Shown piece by piece: positions 1 to 9,652 of a DNA stretch of 64,000 nt. Origin of the DNA: Candidatus Hydrogenedentota bacterium. GTDB taxonomy: Bacteria > Hydrogenedentota > Hydrogenedentia > Hydrogenedentales > GCA-2746185. Each line of letters begins with the position of its first letter. Within the stretch, counting starts at the first letter, position 1. The notes under the pieces are model-generated. The model saw only the letters and a list, made by a program, of their open reading frames with translations. It did not search any database and had not been told where the DNA came from. The position numbers and the translations under genes are program-made. Location: contig JAYGCN010000306.1 in the NCBI GenBank assembly GCA_046583315.1, positions 1 through 64,000 of the forward strand, read 5' to 3'.

Positions 1-25
1 TAGATCCGACGACCCCCTAAATTCC

Positions 26-163
26 TTAGTCGCCACTACCGCTTCGCGTATTTTCCTCAATCTTCTTCAGCAACGCAATAGTATCATCTTGCCGTTTCGA
101 GCTGACGAATACGCTAAAAACCAAAACGCCCAGAATCGTAATTCCCATTCCTACAAGTTCCAT
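26..163 (-). CDS. Small single-TM membrane protein, 45 aa (MELVGMGITILGVLVFSVFVSSKRQDDTIALLKKIEENTRSGSGD); not in ORF track
   Basis: Hand-translated, ATG 163 to TAA 26. GGGAGG RBS at 171-176 (7 nt spacing), hydrophobic N-half, upstream sigma70-like promoter. Confidence 0.7.
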   Translation of the reverse strand: MELVGMGITILGVLVFSVFVSSKRQDDTIALLKKIEENTRSGSGD

Positions 164-237
164 TTGAAGTCCTCCCTTTCTTGGAGTCAACTACCCGGCA
201 ATGCCCACCGATTGGTAGAACCTAAAACCCATCACTG

Positions 238-272
238 AGTTGGATAGTACCCAACTTGTCCAGCCGTGTCAA
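238..272 (-). promoter_or_regulatory. Sigma70-type promoter TTGACA-N17-TACTAT with inverted repeat AGTTGG-N7-CCAACT flanking the -10
   Basis: -35 at 267-272 and -10 at 244-249 on the minus strand; palindrome arms 238-243 and 251-256. Confidence 0.65.
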
Positions 273-305
273 TACCCATTCCAAAGAAAATTCCAACTTT
301 TTCCC

Positions 306-1292
306 TTACCACGTCGCGACGTGACACGCCACCCGATGACCCGAGCCAATATCCACCAATCGCGTGTCTTCCAGACTACACACCGCCTCGCAAAGCCTGC
401 ACCGGGGATGAAAATGGCATCCCGACGGCGGATCAATCGGACTCGGCACGTTTCCCTCAAGAATCTCCCGCTTGCGACGCATACTCGGCCGCGTCGCCGG
501 AACAGCCTTCAGCAAGGCCTGCGTATAGGGATGCACCGGATTATTGAAAATTTCGTCCACGGCCCCGATTTCCACGATACGCCCCAGATACATAACCGCC
601 ACAAAATCCGATATATGGCGAATCACACTCAGATCATGCCCCACAAAAAGATACGTCAGCCCAAATTTCCTCTGCAAGTCACTCATCAAATTCAAAATCT
701 GTGCCTGGATCGACACATCCAGCGCAGAAACCGGCTCATCCGCCACAATTAGCTCAGGCTCCACCGCCAGCGCCCTCGCAATACCGATACGCTGACGTTG
801 CCCGCCACTAAACTCATGCGGATAGCGACCCGCATTCTCACGCGGAAGCCCCACCAGCTCAAGCAACTCGTACACCCGCTCAAGCCGCGACTCCTTCGTG
901 CCAATACCGTGAATAGTTAATGCTTCACCAATTATCTTCGCAACCGACATCCGCGGATTCAAAGACGAAAAGGGGTCCTGAAAAATGATCTGCATACGAC
1001 GACGTATCGCACGCATGCCCGCCCTATCCAACGTGCTGATATCAACGCCGTCATACTTCACCGTGCCCGACGTCGGCTTAATCAGGTCCAGCACCAGACG
1101 CCCCGTGGTCGTTTTGCCACAACCACTCTCCCCCACCAAACTCAAGGTTTTTCCCTTCGGGATGCTGAACGAAACACCGTCTACCGCCCGCACCACCGAA
1201 GAATTACCCGACAAAAATCCGCCCGACTTCGAAAAATGCATCACCAAATCTTCCACAACCAGGAGATCGGTATTTGAGTTCATAGCATTCAT
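306..1292 (-). CDS. oppF: Oligopeptide/dipeptide ABC transporter ATP-binding subunit (OppF/DppF)
   Basis: GESGCGKT Walker A, FSGGQRQR signature, ADEPVSALD, C-terminal GCHFHPRC domain; ATGA overlap with upstream ATPase. Confidence 0.9.
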   Translation of the reverse strand: MNAMNSNTDLLVVEDLVMHFSKSGGFLSGNSSVVRAVDGVSFSIPKGKTLSLVGESGCGKTTTGRLVLDLIKPTSGTVKYDGVDISTLDRAGMRAIRRRMQIIFQDPFSSLNPRMSVAKIIGEALTIHGIGTKESRLERVYELLELVGLPRENAGRYPHEFSGGQRQRIGIARALAVEPELIVADEPVSALDVSIQAQILNLMSDLQRKFGLTYLFVGHDLSVIRHISDFVAVMYLGRIVEIGAVDEIFNNPVHPYTQALLKAVPATRPSMRRKREILEGNVPSPIDPPSGCHFHPRCRLCEAVCSLEDTRLVDIGSGHRVACHVATW

Positions 1293-2323
1293 GTCGAAGA
1301 CACCTTGGGAATCCCAATCGACGATCCGCGCGCCTCCATCGTCGCCCTGTCATGCAACCAACACGCCACCTCATCACCCAAAGACGTCGGTGTCAACGAT
1401 GGCACCTGCGTTTCACACAAATCCATCGCATACGGACAGCGCGGATGAAATCGACAGCCAGAGGGGAAATCATTGATAGGTGGCACATAGCCCTCAATGG
1501 TCGGCAACGTCACCTGGCGGCCGTCCATATCCGGAAGCGACTCAAACAGCCCAAAAGTATACGGATGCTGCGGCGATTCAAACAACGTGTCCGCATCCGC
1601 AGTATGAACCACCCGCCCGCCATACATCACATGAACCCGATCCGCCATTTCAGCCACCACGCCCAGATCGTGCGTAATGAGCATCATCGCCATCTGATAT
1701 TCCGCCTGCATTTCCTGCAACAAGTCGAGAATCTGTGCCTGAATCGTAACATCCAGTGCCGTCGTCGGCTCATCCGCAATCAGCAGCACCGGATCACACG
1801 CCAACGCAATCGCGATCATCACCCGTTGCCGCATCCCCCCCGACAATTGGTGTGGATATTCATCGATGCGAATCTCCGGCGCAGGAATACCGACCCGTTT
1901 AAGCATCTCAATAGAAGCATCACGCGCGTCGCGTTTGTTCATGCCTTTATGCAATCGATACACCTCGGAAATCTGCGTGTCGATTCGAAAAACTGGATTC
2001 AGCGAGGTCATCGGCTCCTGAAAAATCATCGAGATGTCGTGCGTACGCGTCAATCGCATTTCTTTCGCGCTGCACTTGAGCAAATCTTTTCCGCCAAACA
2101 ATATTTCGCCACCCACCACACGCCCCGGCGGATTGGGAATCAATCCCATCACAGACAACGCCGTAACGCTCTTGCCACTACCGCTTTCCCCGACAATCGC
2201 AAGCGTCTCGCCAGCACCAATCTCAAACGCGACGTCCTCTATGGCAAGGGCTTCCTCTTTGCCCATACGGAAGGCCGTCTTGAGGCCGCTTACAGAGATA
2301 ATGGGTTCATTCGACGAATTCAT
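1289..2323 (-). CDS. oppD: Oligopeptide/dipeptide ABC transporter ATP-binding subunit (OppD/DppD)
   Basis: GESGSGKS, LSGGMRQR, ADEPTTALD, GCRFHPRC. Start set at ATG 2323 (AGGAG upstream). Confidence 0.9.
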   Translation of the reverse strand: MNSSNEPIISVSGLKTAFRMGKEEALAIEDVAFEIGAGETLAIVGESGSGKSVTALSVMGLIPNPPGRVVGGEILFGGKDLLKCSAKEMRLTRTHDISMIFQEPMTSLNPVFRIDTQISEVYRLHKGMNKRDARDASIEMLKRVGIPAPEIRIDEYPHQLSGGMRQRVMIAIALACDPVLLIADEPTTALDVTIQAQILDLLQEMQAEYQMAMMLITHDLGVVAEMADRVHVMYGGRVVHTADADTLFESPQHPYTFGLFESLPDMDGRQVTLPTIEGYVPPINDFPSGCRFHPRCPYAMDLCETQVPSLTPTSLGDEVACWLHDRATMEARGSSIGIPKVSST

Positions 2324-2327
2324 GACT

Positions 2328-3389
2328 CTACAAATCTCCTGAATGCAGGCGTGGATCAATCACGTCGCGCAAGGTATCCCCCACCAAATTAAACGAGAGC
2401 ACAGCAAGAAAAATAGCCACGCACGCCGGCGGAATCATGTGCGGTGCCGTGAACAGGTTTTCATATCCCGAACGCAAAATCGTGCCCCACGAAGGTTGCG
2501 GCGCCTGCACACCAAAGCCCAGCCAGGAAAGCGCCGCCTCGATTAGCACGGCCGAAGCAATCCCGAAGGTGACACTGACCAGAATCGGCGCAAGCGCATT
2601 CGGTATCAAATGCCGAAATACCACCCGAACCGGACTGGCACCCAGAGCCCTCGCAGCAACAGCGAAATCCGACTCGCGCAGGCGCATGATTTCCGCTCGT
2701 GCATAGCGCGCAATGGCCACCCAGCGCGTAAGTCCAATAACAATCATTACGAACTCAATCCTGGGAGGCAACCAAGCCATAATGGCCAAAATAATAAAGA
2801 ATGTCGGAAAACACATGATGATTTCAATCAGGCGTGATATCAGCATATCCACCCAGCCGCCAGCATACCCCGCGGCCGATCCAAGCACGAGGCCGATGAC
2901 CAGTGCAATGCCCATCGAGATGAATCCTATCTTCATCGAAATGCCCGCCGCATAAATAAGCCTCGACAATACATCCCGACCCGATTCATCCGTGCCCAGT
3001 AGATGCACGGACGACGGTGCCTCCAACGGTTCAGCCGCCAACTCAATTGGACCATAAGGAATCGGCGGCCACAAGGCCCAATCCCGTTCCGCGTCAAAAT
3101 TATCCTTAAACGTGAACGACTCGAAGCGGAACGGTTTGTCCTTCTTGATGATCAGTTTCGCCATGGGAATATTTTGAATCGTTTCCACGACTCCCGGGAA
3201 ATACCAGGCACCCTCATAACGCGTCATAATCGGCTCATCATTCGCCAACAACGGCGCACAGAAGCCAACCATGAACAGCGTCAACACAATGCCGAGACCC
3301 AGCATGCCCAGCTTATGCGTGCGATACCGGCGCCACGCAACGCGCCAGAACCCCGGCGACTTTTTGATTGGCGTATCCAAATCAGTCAT
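2328..3389 (-). CDS. oppC: Peptide ABC transporter permease (OppC/DppC)
   Basis: HLLGTDESGRDVLSRL, AARALGAS loop, RHLIPN, GDTLRDVIDPR. Start set at ATG 3389, overlapping the upstream stop. Confidence 0.9.
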   Translation of the reverse strand: MTDLDTPIKKSPGFWRVAWRRYRTHKLGMLGLGIVLTLFMVGFCAPLLANDEPIMTRYEGAWYFPGVVETIQNIPMAKLIIKKDKPFRFESFTFKDNFDAERDWALWPPIPYGPIELAAEPLEAPSSVHLLGTDESGRDVLSRLIYAAGISMKIGFISMGIALVIGLVLGSAAGYAGGWVDMLISRLIEIIMCFPTFFIILAIMAWLPPRIEFVMIVIGLTRWVAIARYARAEIMRLRESDFAVAARALGASPVRVVFRHLIPNALAPILVSVTFGIASAVLIEAALSWLGFGVQAPQPSWGTILRSGYENLFTAPHMIPPACVAIFLAVLSFNLVGDTLRDVIDPRLHSGDL

Positions 3390-4359
3390 AACGCACCCTC
3401 GGATCAACAAAGGCATACGCCAGATCCGCCAGCAAAGTAATCACCAGCACCAGCACCGCCGTCATCACGCTCAGACCCATCACCGTGGGATAATCACGAC
3501 GCAATACCGAATCATAAAACAGCCGACCCAGCCCCGGCCAATTGAACATCGTCTCGATGATCACACTACCGCTCAGAATAAATGGAAAGGTCAGACTCAT
3601 CAACGTAATGAGCGGAATCAACGTGTTCGGAAAAGCATGTTTCATAATAACAATATGCTCCGGCAAGCCCTTCGCACGGGCCGTGCGAATATAATCGTGC
3701 CGCGTCACTTCCAGCAAGTTCTGTCGCGTAAATCGTGAATAATAGGCTAGGCTACCCACCGTAAAACTGATCGTGATCAATACATAATGCGACCCGATGT
3801 CCAACATTTTCCCGATCGTCGACAACTCTTCATAATCATCCGAAAACATGCCCCGATACGGCAGCCAATTCAGCTCCACGCCAAAATACAAAATCATCAG
3901 CATCCCGATGACATACGGCGGTACTGAGTAAAGCATGTACACCAGCGTGCTCATGATGGTGTCGAACCATGAGCCCTGCTTTACGGCGCTGAAAATTCCG
4001 ATGGGCACGGCGATCAGATACGTCAGAAAAATCGATAACATCGCGACCGACATCGTCGGCATGAGCGCATCGCCAATCTTGCGCGTCACCTTCGAACCGT
4101 CATGAAACGAATTGCCCATATCCCCGCGCACCAATCGCCCCAACCACATCGCGTATTGCACCGGCATCGGCTTATCCAGATTATAGTACTCGCGCAACTG
4201 CTGGTAGAGTTCCTCAGAAACACGACCATCCTGCATTTGGGCCAGCTGCATTTCCGCAGGATCGCCCGGTGCCAAAGTAATCACGAGGAAGGTGATAAAG
4301 GTAATCCCGAATAGCGTGACCACACCCGACAAGCATCTGCGCAAGACATATCGTGACAT
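3382..4359 (-). CDS. oppB: Peptide ABC transporter permease (OppB/DppB)
   Basis: APGDPA, DYIRTARAKGL, IETMFNWPGLG, DLAYAFVDPRV. Confidence 0.9.
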   Translation of the reverse strand: MSRYVLRRCLSGVVTLFGITFITFLVITLAPGDPAEMQLAQMQDGRVSEELYQQLREYYNLDKPMPVQYAMWLGRLVRGDMGNSFHDGSKVTRKIGDALMPTMSVAMLSIFLTYLIAVPIGIFSAVKQGSWFDTIMSTLVYMLYSVPPYVIGMLMILYFGVELNWLPYRGMFSDDYEELSTIGKMLDIGSHYVLITISFTVGSLAYYSRFTRQNLLEVTRHDYIRTARAKGLPEHIVIMKHAFPNTLIPLITLMSLTFPFILSGSVIIETMFNWPGLGRLFYDSVLRRDYPTVMGLSVMTAVLVLVITLLADLAYAFVDPRVRYD

Positions 4360-4539
4360 CGTCTAAAGGCCCTCGGTGCGGGTCTGAAACGAATATAGAT
4401 GCTGGAAGAATTTTGGAATCATAAATGAATAATACCTGTGAACAATTGCCTATGCAATCGCCTAAAAATACCGTCTATCGAAGGTCCACTCTACCCATTT
4501 CAGCCCACCTTGTCCAACTTGTCGCGGCTCAACAAGCAA

Positions 4540-6339
4540 TCAATCGTGCCGCATCTCATTGAGACGATAGGGTAGCGTAACAAACGGCAGAATCGGAAAC
4601 AGAGACAACCCAGCCCACAACACCCAATCAACCGGATGCGTCAACGGAATGCCTTCCGGCGCCACCAGATTCAGATCCGTCACACGCACCCCATGCAGAA
4701 TGTTGCCGTTTTCATCCAGAATCGTCGCGTAATAGCGAATGCCCATCCCATAATAGAGGAAAGGCACCGTGTACGACACCCAGAGTACCCCCGCCCAACG
4801 ACGCGCCCCACTCGGAATAACGCGATCACTATACGCGCGACGATACATCGTTATGCTGGCCATGATCCAAAGTGCCGCGGCAAGCCAGACCGGCGCACGT
4901 TGAATATAATAGAAGGCAATATGATCGCCTGCGAGATCGCTGGAACGAATCAGCAGGGCCGTCAGCAGCATCCCGACAACCGACAACGCACCAAACACAC
5001 TTAACCCAAAACTCGCATTCACAATCCACAATCCCGTCCACATAATCATGAAAAGCGTACCCGCAAAAAAGGCCACCACAAAATAATCGTGTATATGCTC
5101 GAAACCCACGCGTTGATGCAAAAGATAATCGAACTGCGGATCAATTCCTTGCAATACAATATTGATCACACCATAGGTCACCATCAATATCGCGGTGGCA
5201 CACGCCGTACTGGAAAATAAAACAGTCAGTCGAACCCAGGCCAGTTGGTCGGTCCTCAATGGACGAGTGCGTAAGAAAGTCGATTTCTGGCGCCACTCCC
5301 CGGATACCAAAAATAGATAAGCTCCCGTCAAGACTCCCGCGCCACCCGCAGACGACAGAATACCCGTCACCATAATATGCTGGTTGTTCGCCCACTGCAT
5401 CGCGAACCGTGTCGCGAATCCTTCCCCCAAAGGATCGCGCGTATCAGTGGACGCAACAAAGAGTCCCGTAAACAGCGGGACGACCACAAAATAGAGAGCC
5501 AATATCGATACCACAAGACACGGCAACACCCATCCCGTCGTACGCCATTCATACCATGCCTGCGTCCAATATGCAGACGAAAACGGTTTACGCGTCTTCA
5601 CACCACTCCCGTCGGACAACATATCCGATGCACCTTCGAAAGCACGGAAGCGATTCTCCCGGCCCAAGCGAATCGAAATCTCAAGCAGAATAATACCGAC
5701 CACCAGCACGCCAACACCGGCAGCTACCCCTGGCACGGAGGAAACAACACCCACCACAGTTTCGTTGCGCATCGCCAAAATCAGACCCGCGCCGCAGGCC
5801 ACGAAACCGACCAGTGCTCCCACCGGACGACGCCGCCCCCCGAATACAAGGGCCCATGCCTGGGCGATTGCGTACACCGTCATCGCCAATACCGCAGGTT
5901 GCCACGACGCAAAGGCACCGCTCAAGAAACGCGCCGCCAATGCTGCCGCGATCCACGTGACCAAGCCCACCGCGACGACACCGTACACCATGTGTACCGT
6001 GGCCATCCGCCGGAACGTCAGCGGCAACAAGTAAACGTGAATCGGCAAGCCCACACGAAGACTTTTCGAATCGCTGTGTTGCAGCACCACCGTCCCAATA
6101 CTGAACAACGCGTTCACCGAAACAACCAGAATCGCGAGCAACAAAGATTCCCCACCCTCCGGCACCAGCGTACGTACATCGCCACGATCCATCGCACCTC
6201 GACTTCCAAGCGACAGGTCGAAATTCTGGACAAACATGCAAAATATCGCCGTGACCACCACCTGTATAAACAACAATGGCAAGGTCCGTCGGCCCAATGC
6301 CATCAGCAACGTCGTGCTACCGTGATTAAGCGCCATCAC
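4540..6339 (-). CDS. Large polytopic membrane protein, probable ABC-2-type exporter permease
   Basis: 599 aa with many hydrophobic helices; start overlaps the stop of the upstream ABC ATPase; FLRTRPL motif. Confidence 0.65.
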   Translation of the reverse strand: MMALNHGSTTLLMALGRRTLPLLFIQVVVTAIFCMFVQNFDLSLGSRGAMDRGDVRTLVPEGGESLLLAILVVSVNALFSIGTVVLQHSDSKSLRVGLPIHVYLLPLTFRRMATVHMVYGVVAVGLVTWIAAALAARFLSGAFASWQPAVLAMTVYAIAQAWALVFGGRRRPVGALVGFVACGAGLILAMRNETVVGVVSSVPGVAAGVGVLVVGIILLEISIRLGRENRFRAFEGASDMLSDGSGVKTRKPFSSAYWTQAWYEWRTTGWVLPCLVVSILALYFVVVPLFTGLFVASTDTRDPLGEGFATRFAMQWANNQHIMVTGILSSAGGAGVLTGAYLFLVSGEWRQKSTFLRTRPLRTDQLAWVRLTVLFSSTACATAILMVTYGVINIVLQGIDPQFDYLLHQRVGFEHIHDYFVVAFFAGTLFMIMWTGLWIVNASFGLSVFGALSVVGMLLTALLIRSSDLAGDHIAFYYIQRAPVWLAAALWIMASITMYRRAYSDRVIPSGARRWAGVLWVSYTVPFLYYGMGIRYYATILDENGNILHGVRVTDLNLVAPEGIPLTHPVDWVLWAGLSLFPILPFVTLPYRLNEMRHD

Positions 6340-7256
6340 AGATTCTCCAGCGGTTCGTCGGAGATTCGCGCCACAAATATATCTTCCAGACTCGGCGTTT
6401 CATCCTTCAAGATCCGAAAACGATGGATCTTCTGTGCCGATACCAGTGCATTCCAATCCCCCGCGCACAGAGCCGACCAATGTTTCCCGCGACCTTCCCA
6501 CAGGAGCACATTATCGATTTTCGGACCATGCTTCTGGGGACCTTCGAACTCCACCGTAACCTTGCGATGCGTGCGCAGAATCGTATCGAGCCGATCACAC
6601 AACACCAGCGTCCCGTGATGCAAAATTGCCACGTAATCGGACACCGCCTCAACCTCGTCCATCAGGTGCGACGAAAACAAAACCGTCCGACCTTCATCAG
6701 CGACCGTACGCATCACCGCGTCCAAAATATGACGGCGCACCACAACGTCCAATCCCGAAGACGGCTCATCCAAAATCAATAAACCCGGTCGATGCGCCAG
6801 CGCACAAATAAGGCCCATCTTCGCCATCTGACCACGAGACAAGGTGCGCACCTTCTGCTCCGGAACCAGATCGAAACGTCCCATCAATTCATCCGCATAC
6901 GCCTGATCCCAATCGGGATAAAACCCCTGAGTATACCGCATCAATTCACGAATCCGCATCCAACCCGGCATATCACGATCCTCAGAAAGATAGCCGATCT
7001 GACTCAACACCGACTCCGGCTCCTCCACCGGGTCACACCTGACAACCCGCACCCGACCCTCCTGCGGCTTCATCAACCCGAGCAAGTGCCGCATCAACGT
7101 CGTCTTGCCCGCCCCACTTTCGCCCAGCAATCCAAACACACATCCACGCGGAACATTCAGACTCACATTCTTTAACGCCTGCTTCGATCCGAATGTCCGG
7201 CTCAGGTTATCGACTTTGATGGGGAAGTCGTCGTTCGAAGAATCGATATCGCTCAT
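6336..7256 (-). CDS. ABC exporter ATP-binding protein (YtrB-like)
   Basis: GESGAGKTT, LSRGQ signature variant, LDEPSSGLD, SSH switch. Start ATG 7256 with GGAG RBS. Confidence 0.85.
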   Translation of the reverse strand: MSDIDSSNDDFPIKVDNLSRTFGSKQALKNVSLNVPRGCVFGLLGESGAGKTTLMRHLLGLMKPQEGRVRVVRCDPVEEPESVLSQIGYLSEDRDMPGWMRIRELMRYTQGFYPDWDQAYADELMGRFDLVPEQKVRTLSRGQMAKMGLICALAHRPGLLILDEPSSGLDVVVRRHILDAVMRTVADEGRTVLFSSHLMDEVEAVSDYVAILHHGTLVLCDRLDTILRTHRKVTVEFEGPQKHGPKIDNVLLWEGRGKHWSALCAGDWNALVSAQKIHRFRILKDETPSLEDIFVARISDEPLENL

Positions 7257-7299
7257 TTCTACTCCAGATTCACCAAAAACCTCAACAAAACAATTGTCC

Positions 7300-7328
7300 A
7301 AAATAGCACTGTCAAGCCAAAGGGTCAA
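7300..7328 (-). promoter_or_regulatory. Putative sigma70 promoter TTGACC-N17-TATTTT (extended TG) for the ABC exporter
   Basis: Motif spacing read directly in the divergent intergenic region. Confidence 0.35.
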
Positions 7329-7388
7329 CTGATGGAACCGCACGCGACATCTTGTTATATTCAAGCAATCAACCACAAGGAACACACC

Positions 7389-8612
7389 ATGAAAAATGAC
7401 CCTTCGAATCTATCCCGCAGAGATATCCTGAAATTGGGCGGTTCAGCTGCACTCGCCCTCTCGATAGGCAAAACTCAATCCGTCGCCGCAGCAAACAAAA
7501 AAATCCGCATCGGCATCGTCGGCGGACGTTTCGGCGCATCCTTCCAGTTCCACGAACATCCAGACTGCATCGTCGAGGCCGTCAGCGATTTGCGTCCGGA
7601 ACGCCGCGACCACCTGATGAAAACCTATCGCTGCACCAAATCCTACCCCAGCCTCGAAGAACTCGTGCTCGACCCCGACATCGATGCCGTCGGCCTATTC
7701 ACCGATGCCCCGCTCCATGTAGACCACGCCATCCTCGCCATGAAAAACGGCAAACACGTGCTCTCCGCCGTTCCCGCGTGTGTAGGCTCCATCGAAGACG
7801 CCGAACGACTCCTCGCCGCAGTCAAGAAAACTGGCCTCACCTACATGATGGCCGAAACAAGCTATTACCAACAGCCAACCATCTCCGCACGCAACTTCTA
7901 CAAATCCGGAAACTTTGGCGATCTCTATTATGCCCAAGCTTACTACCAGCACTCCGGCCTCGAATCGCTCTACTTCGAAAACGGCAAACGCACCTGGCGA
8001 TACGGCTTCGCACCCATGCATTACCCCACCCACACCACCGCACTGCTCATCGGTGTCACCGGAGAACGACTCACCGAAGTGGTCTGCCACGGTTACGGCG
8101 ATGACGACCCCATCCTCAAGGACAACGCCTACAACAACCCCTTCTGGAACTGCACCGCGCAATTCAAAACTGACCGCGACCACGCCTTTCAATGTTACGT
8201 CTGGTGGAAAGGCGCGCACCGCGGCACCGAACGCGGCGAATGGGTCGGCACCGACATGAGTTTCTACGGCCCGCACCAAAACGGCATCGGCCCCACCATC
8301 GTGCGAAGCGAAGAGGGCCTCAAAGAAAAAGACGATGCAGGTTTCGAGCGCAATCTGTCCCCTTTCGAACAATACAAACAACCTGAATGGTGGAAGACTG
8401 ACCTGCTACCCGAGCCGCTACGCCACAACAGCGGACACCACGGCTCTCATTGCTTCCTGACGCATGAGTTCATCGACGCGCTGATGCACGATCGCAAACC
8501 CACCGTGGATATCTACGAAGCCCTGGCCTACACCGTGCCCGGCATCATCGCCCACGAATCCGCGTTGCGCGGCGGCGAGCTTATGAAGGTTCCCCAATAC
8601 GATCCGGCCTAA
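7389..8612 (+). CDS. Tat-exported Gfo/Idh/MocA family oxidoreductase
   Basis: SRRDILK twin-arginine leader, RIGIVGG Rossmann start, GKHVLSAVP, YPTH. Start ATG 7389 after AAGGA. Confidence 0.85.
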   Translation: MKNDPSNLSRRDILKLGGSAALALSIGKTQSVAAANKKIRIGIVGGRFGASFQFHEHPDCIVEAVSDLRPERRDHLMKTYRCTKSYPSLEELVLDPDIDAVGLFTDAPLHVDHAILAMKNGKHVLSAVPACVGSIEDAERLLAAVKKTGLTYMMAETSYYQQPTISARNFYKSGNFGDLYYAQAYYQHSGLESLYFENGKRTWRYGFAPMHYPTHTTALLIGVTGERLTEVVCHGYGDDDPILKDNAYNNPFWNCTAQFKTDRDHAFQCYVWWKGAHRGTERGEWVGTDMSFYGPHQNGIGPTIVRSEEGLKEKDDAGFERNLSPFEQYKQPEWWKTDLLPEPLRHNSGHHGSHCFLTHEFIDALMHDRKPTVDIYEALAYTVPGIIAHESALRGGELMKVPQYDPA

Positions 8613-8616
8613 AAAC

Positions 8617-9603
8617 CTACTCCATCGGATACGTCAGGCCCCATTGCGCCCGTAACGTATCCATGATCCCCAAAACATCCAACGTCGTCGCATGCGACAT
8701 GATTTCGCTTTCCAGTTTGCCTTCACGAAAGCACCGCTGCGCCTCTCGCGCCTCGTACTCGTAGCCATTGCACATCTGCGGGAACTCGTGAACCTCAGGC
8801 TCCCCCTCACTACGACGTAAACTCACCTTGGTCGCGTTCCAAAAACTGTCGTGAAGCCGAATCATGCCATCCGTCCCCATAATATACGCATCGTAAGGTG
8901 TCTCCGTCATGATTGCGCTACTCAACACGGCCAGCCCGCCATTCTCAAATCCCAACACCATACCCGCCTGCTCATCAACACCATTTCGACCAATCGTCGG
9001 GATACTCTGAATCTGCGTCGGCACGCTCCCGAACGCCATGTGCGCCAAGGTGATCGGATAAATTCCCACGTCCAACAAACTCCCCCCACCCATCGCCGGG
9101 TCAAAAAGCGCAGCACCCTCCGGCGCATCCCAGCGAAATCCGAAGTTCGCCTGCACCATGCGAACCTCACCAATCGATCCATCATCGATCCAAATCATCG
9201 CCTGCCTCAACACCGGAATGAAACGAGTCCACATCGCTTCCATCACGAAGACCTGCTCTTTTTTCGCGACGGCGAATACTTCCTCCGCATCCTTCCGATT
9301 AATCGTAAACGGCTTCTCGCACAACACACCCTTGCCCGCTTCAATGCAGAGAATCGTGTTCTCTTTGTGCAAACCATGCGGCGTCGCGATGTAAATCAGA
9401 TCAACATCTGCATCATTGGCCAAATCATCATAAGACGAATGACAACGCTCAACCCCGTACTCTTTCCCAAAAGCATCCGCCGATTTCTGCGTGCGCGACC
9501 CCACCGCCACGATCTCCGCATCGTCCATCGCCGTCAACGCATCGGCAAACTGATGCGCAATACTGCCCGTGCCCAAAATGCCCCATCGAACCCTATTCGC
9601 CAT
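8617..9603 (-). CDS. Gfo/Idh/MocA oxidoreductase (dihydrodiol dehydrogenase/xylose dehydrogenase-like)
   Basis: WGILGTGSIA, LCEKPF, MEAMWTRF, GGSLLDVGIYP. Confidence 0.88.
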   Translation of the reverse strand: MANRVRWGILGTGSIAHQFADALTAMDDAEIVAVGSRTQKSADAFGKEYGVERCHSSYDDLANDADVDLIYIATPHGLHKENTILCIEAGKGVLCEKPFTINRKDAEEVFAVAKKEQVFVMEAMWTRFIPVLRQAMIWIDDGSIGEVRMVQANFGFRWDAPEGAALFDPAMGGGSLLDVGIYPITLAHMAFGSVPTQIQSIPTIGRNGVDEQAGMVLGFENGGLAVLSSAIMTETPYDAYIMGTDGMIRLHDSFWNATKVSLRRSEGEPEVHEFPQMCNGYEYEAREAQRCFREGKLESEIMSHATTLDVLGIMDTLRAQWGLTYPME

Positions 9604-9652
9604 ATCAATACCCCGTCCCGACTCCCGTTACCCTCGTTGCCCAATGTAGCCC

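Noticed and set aside
1352..6618. Long + strand ORFs (1352-2392, 5377-6618 and others) opposite the ABC genes
   Set aside because: Arg/His-rich antisense shadows of recognisable transporter genes.
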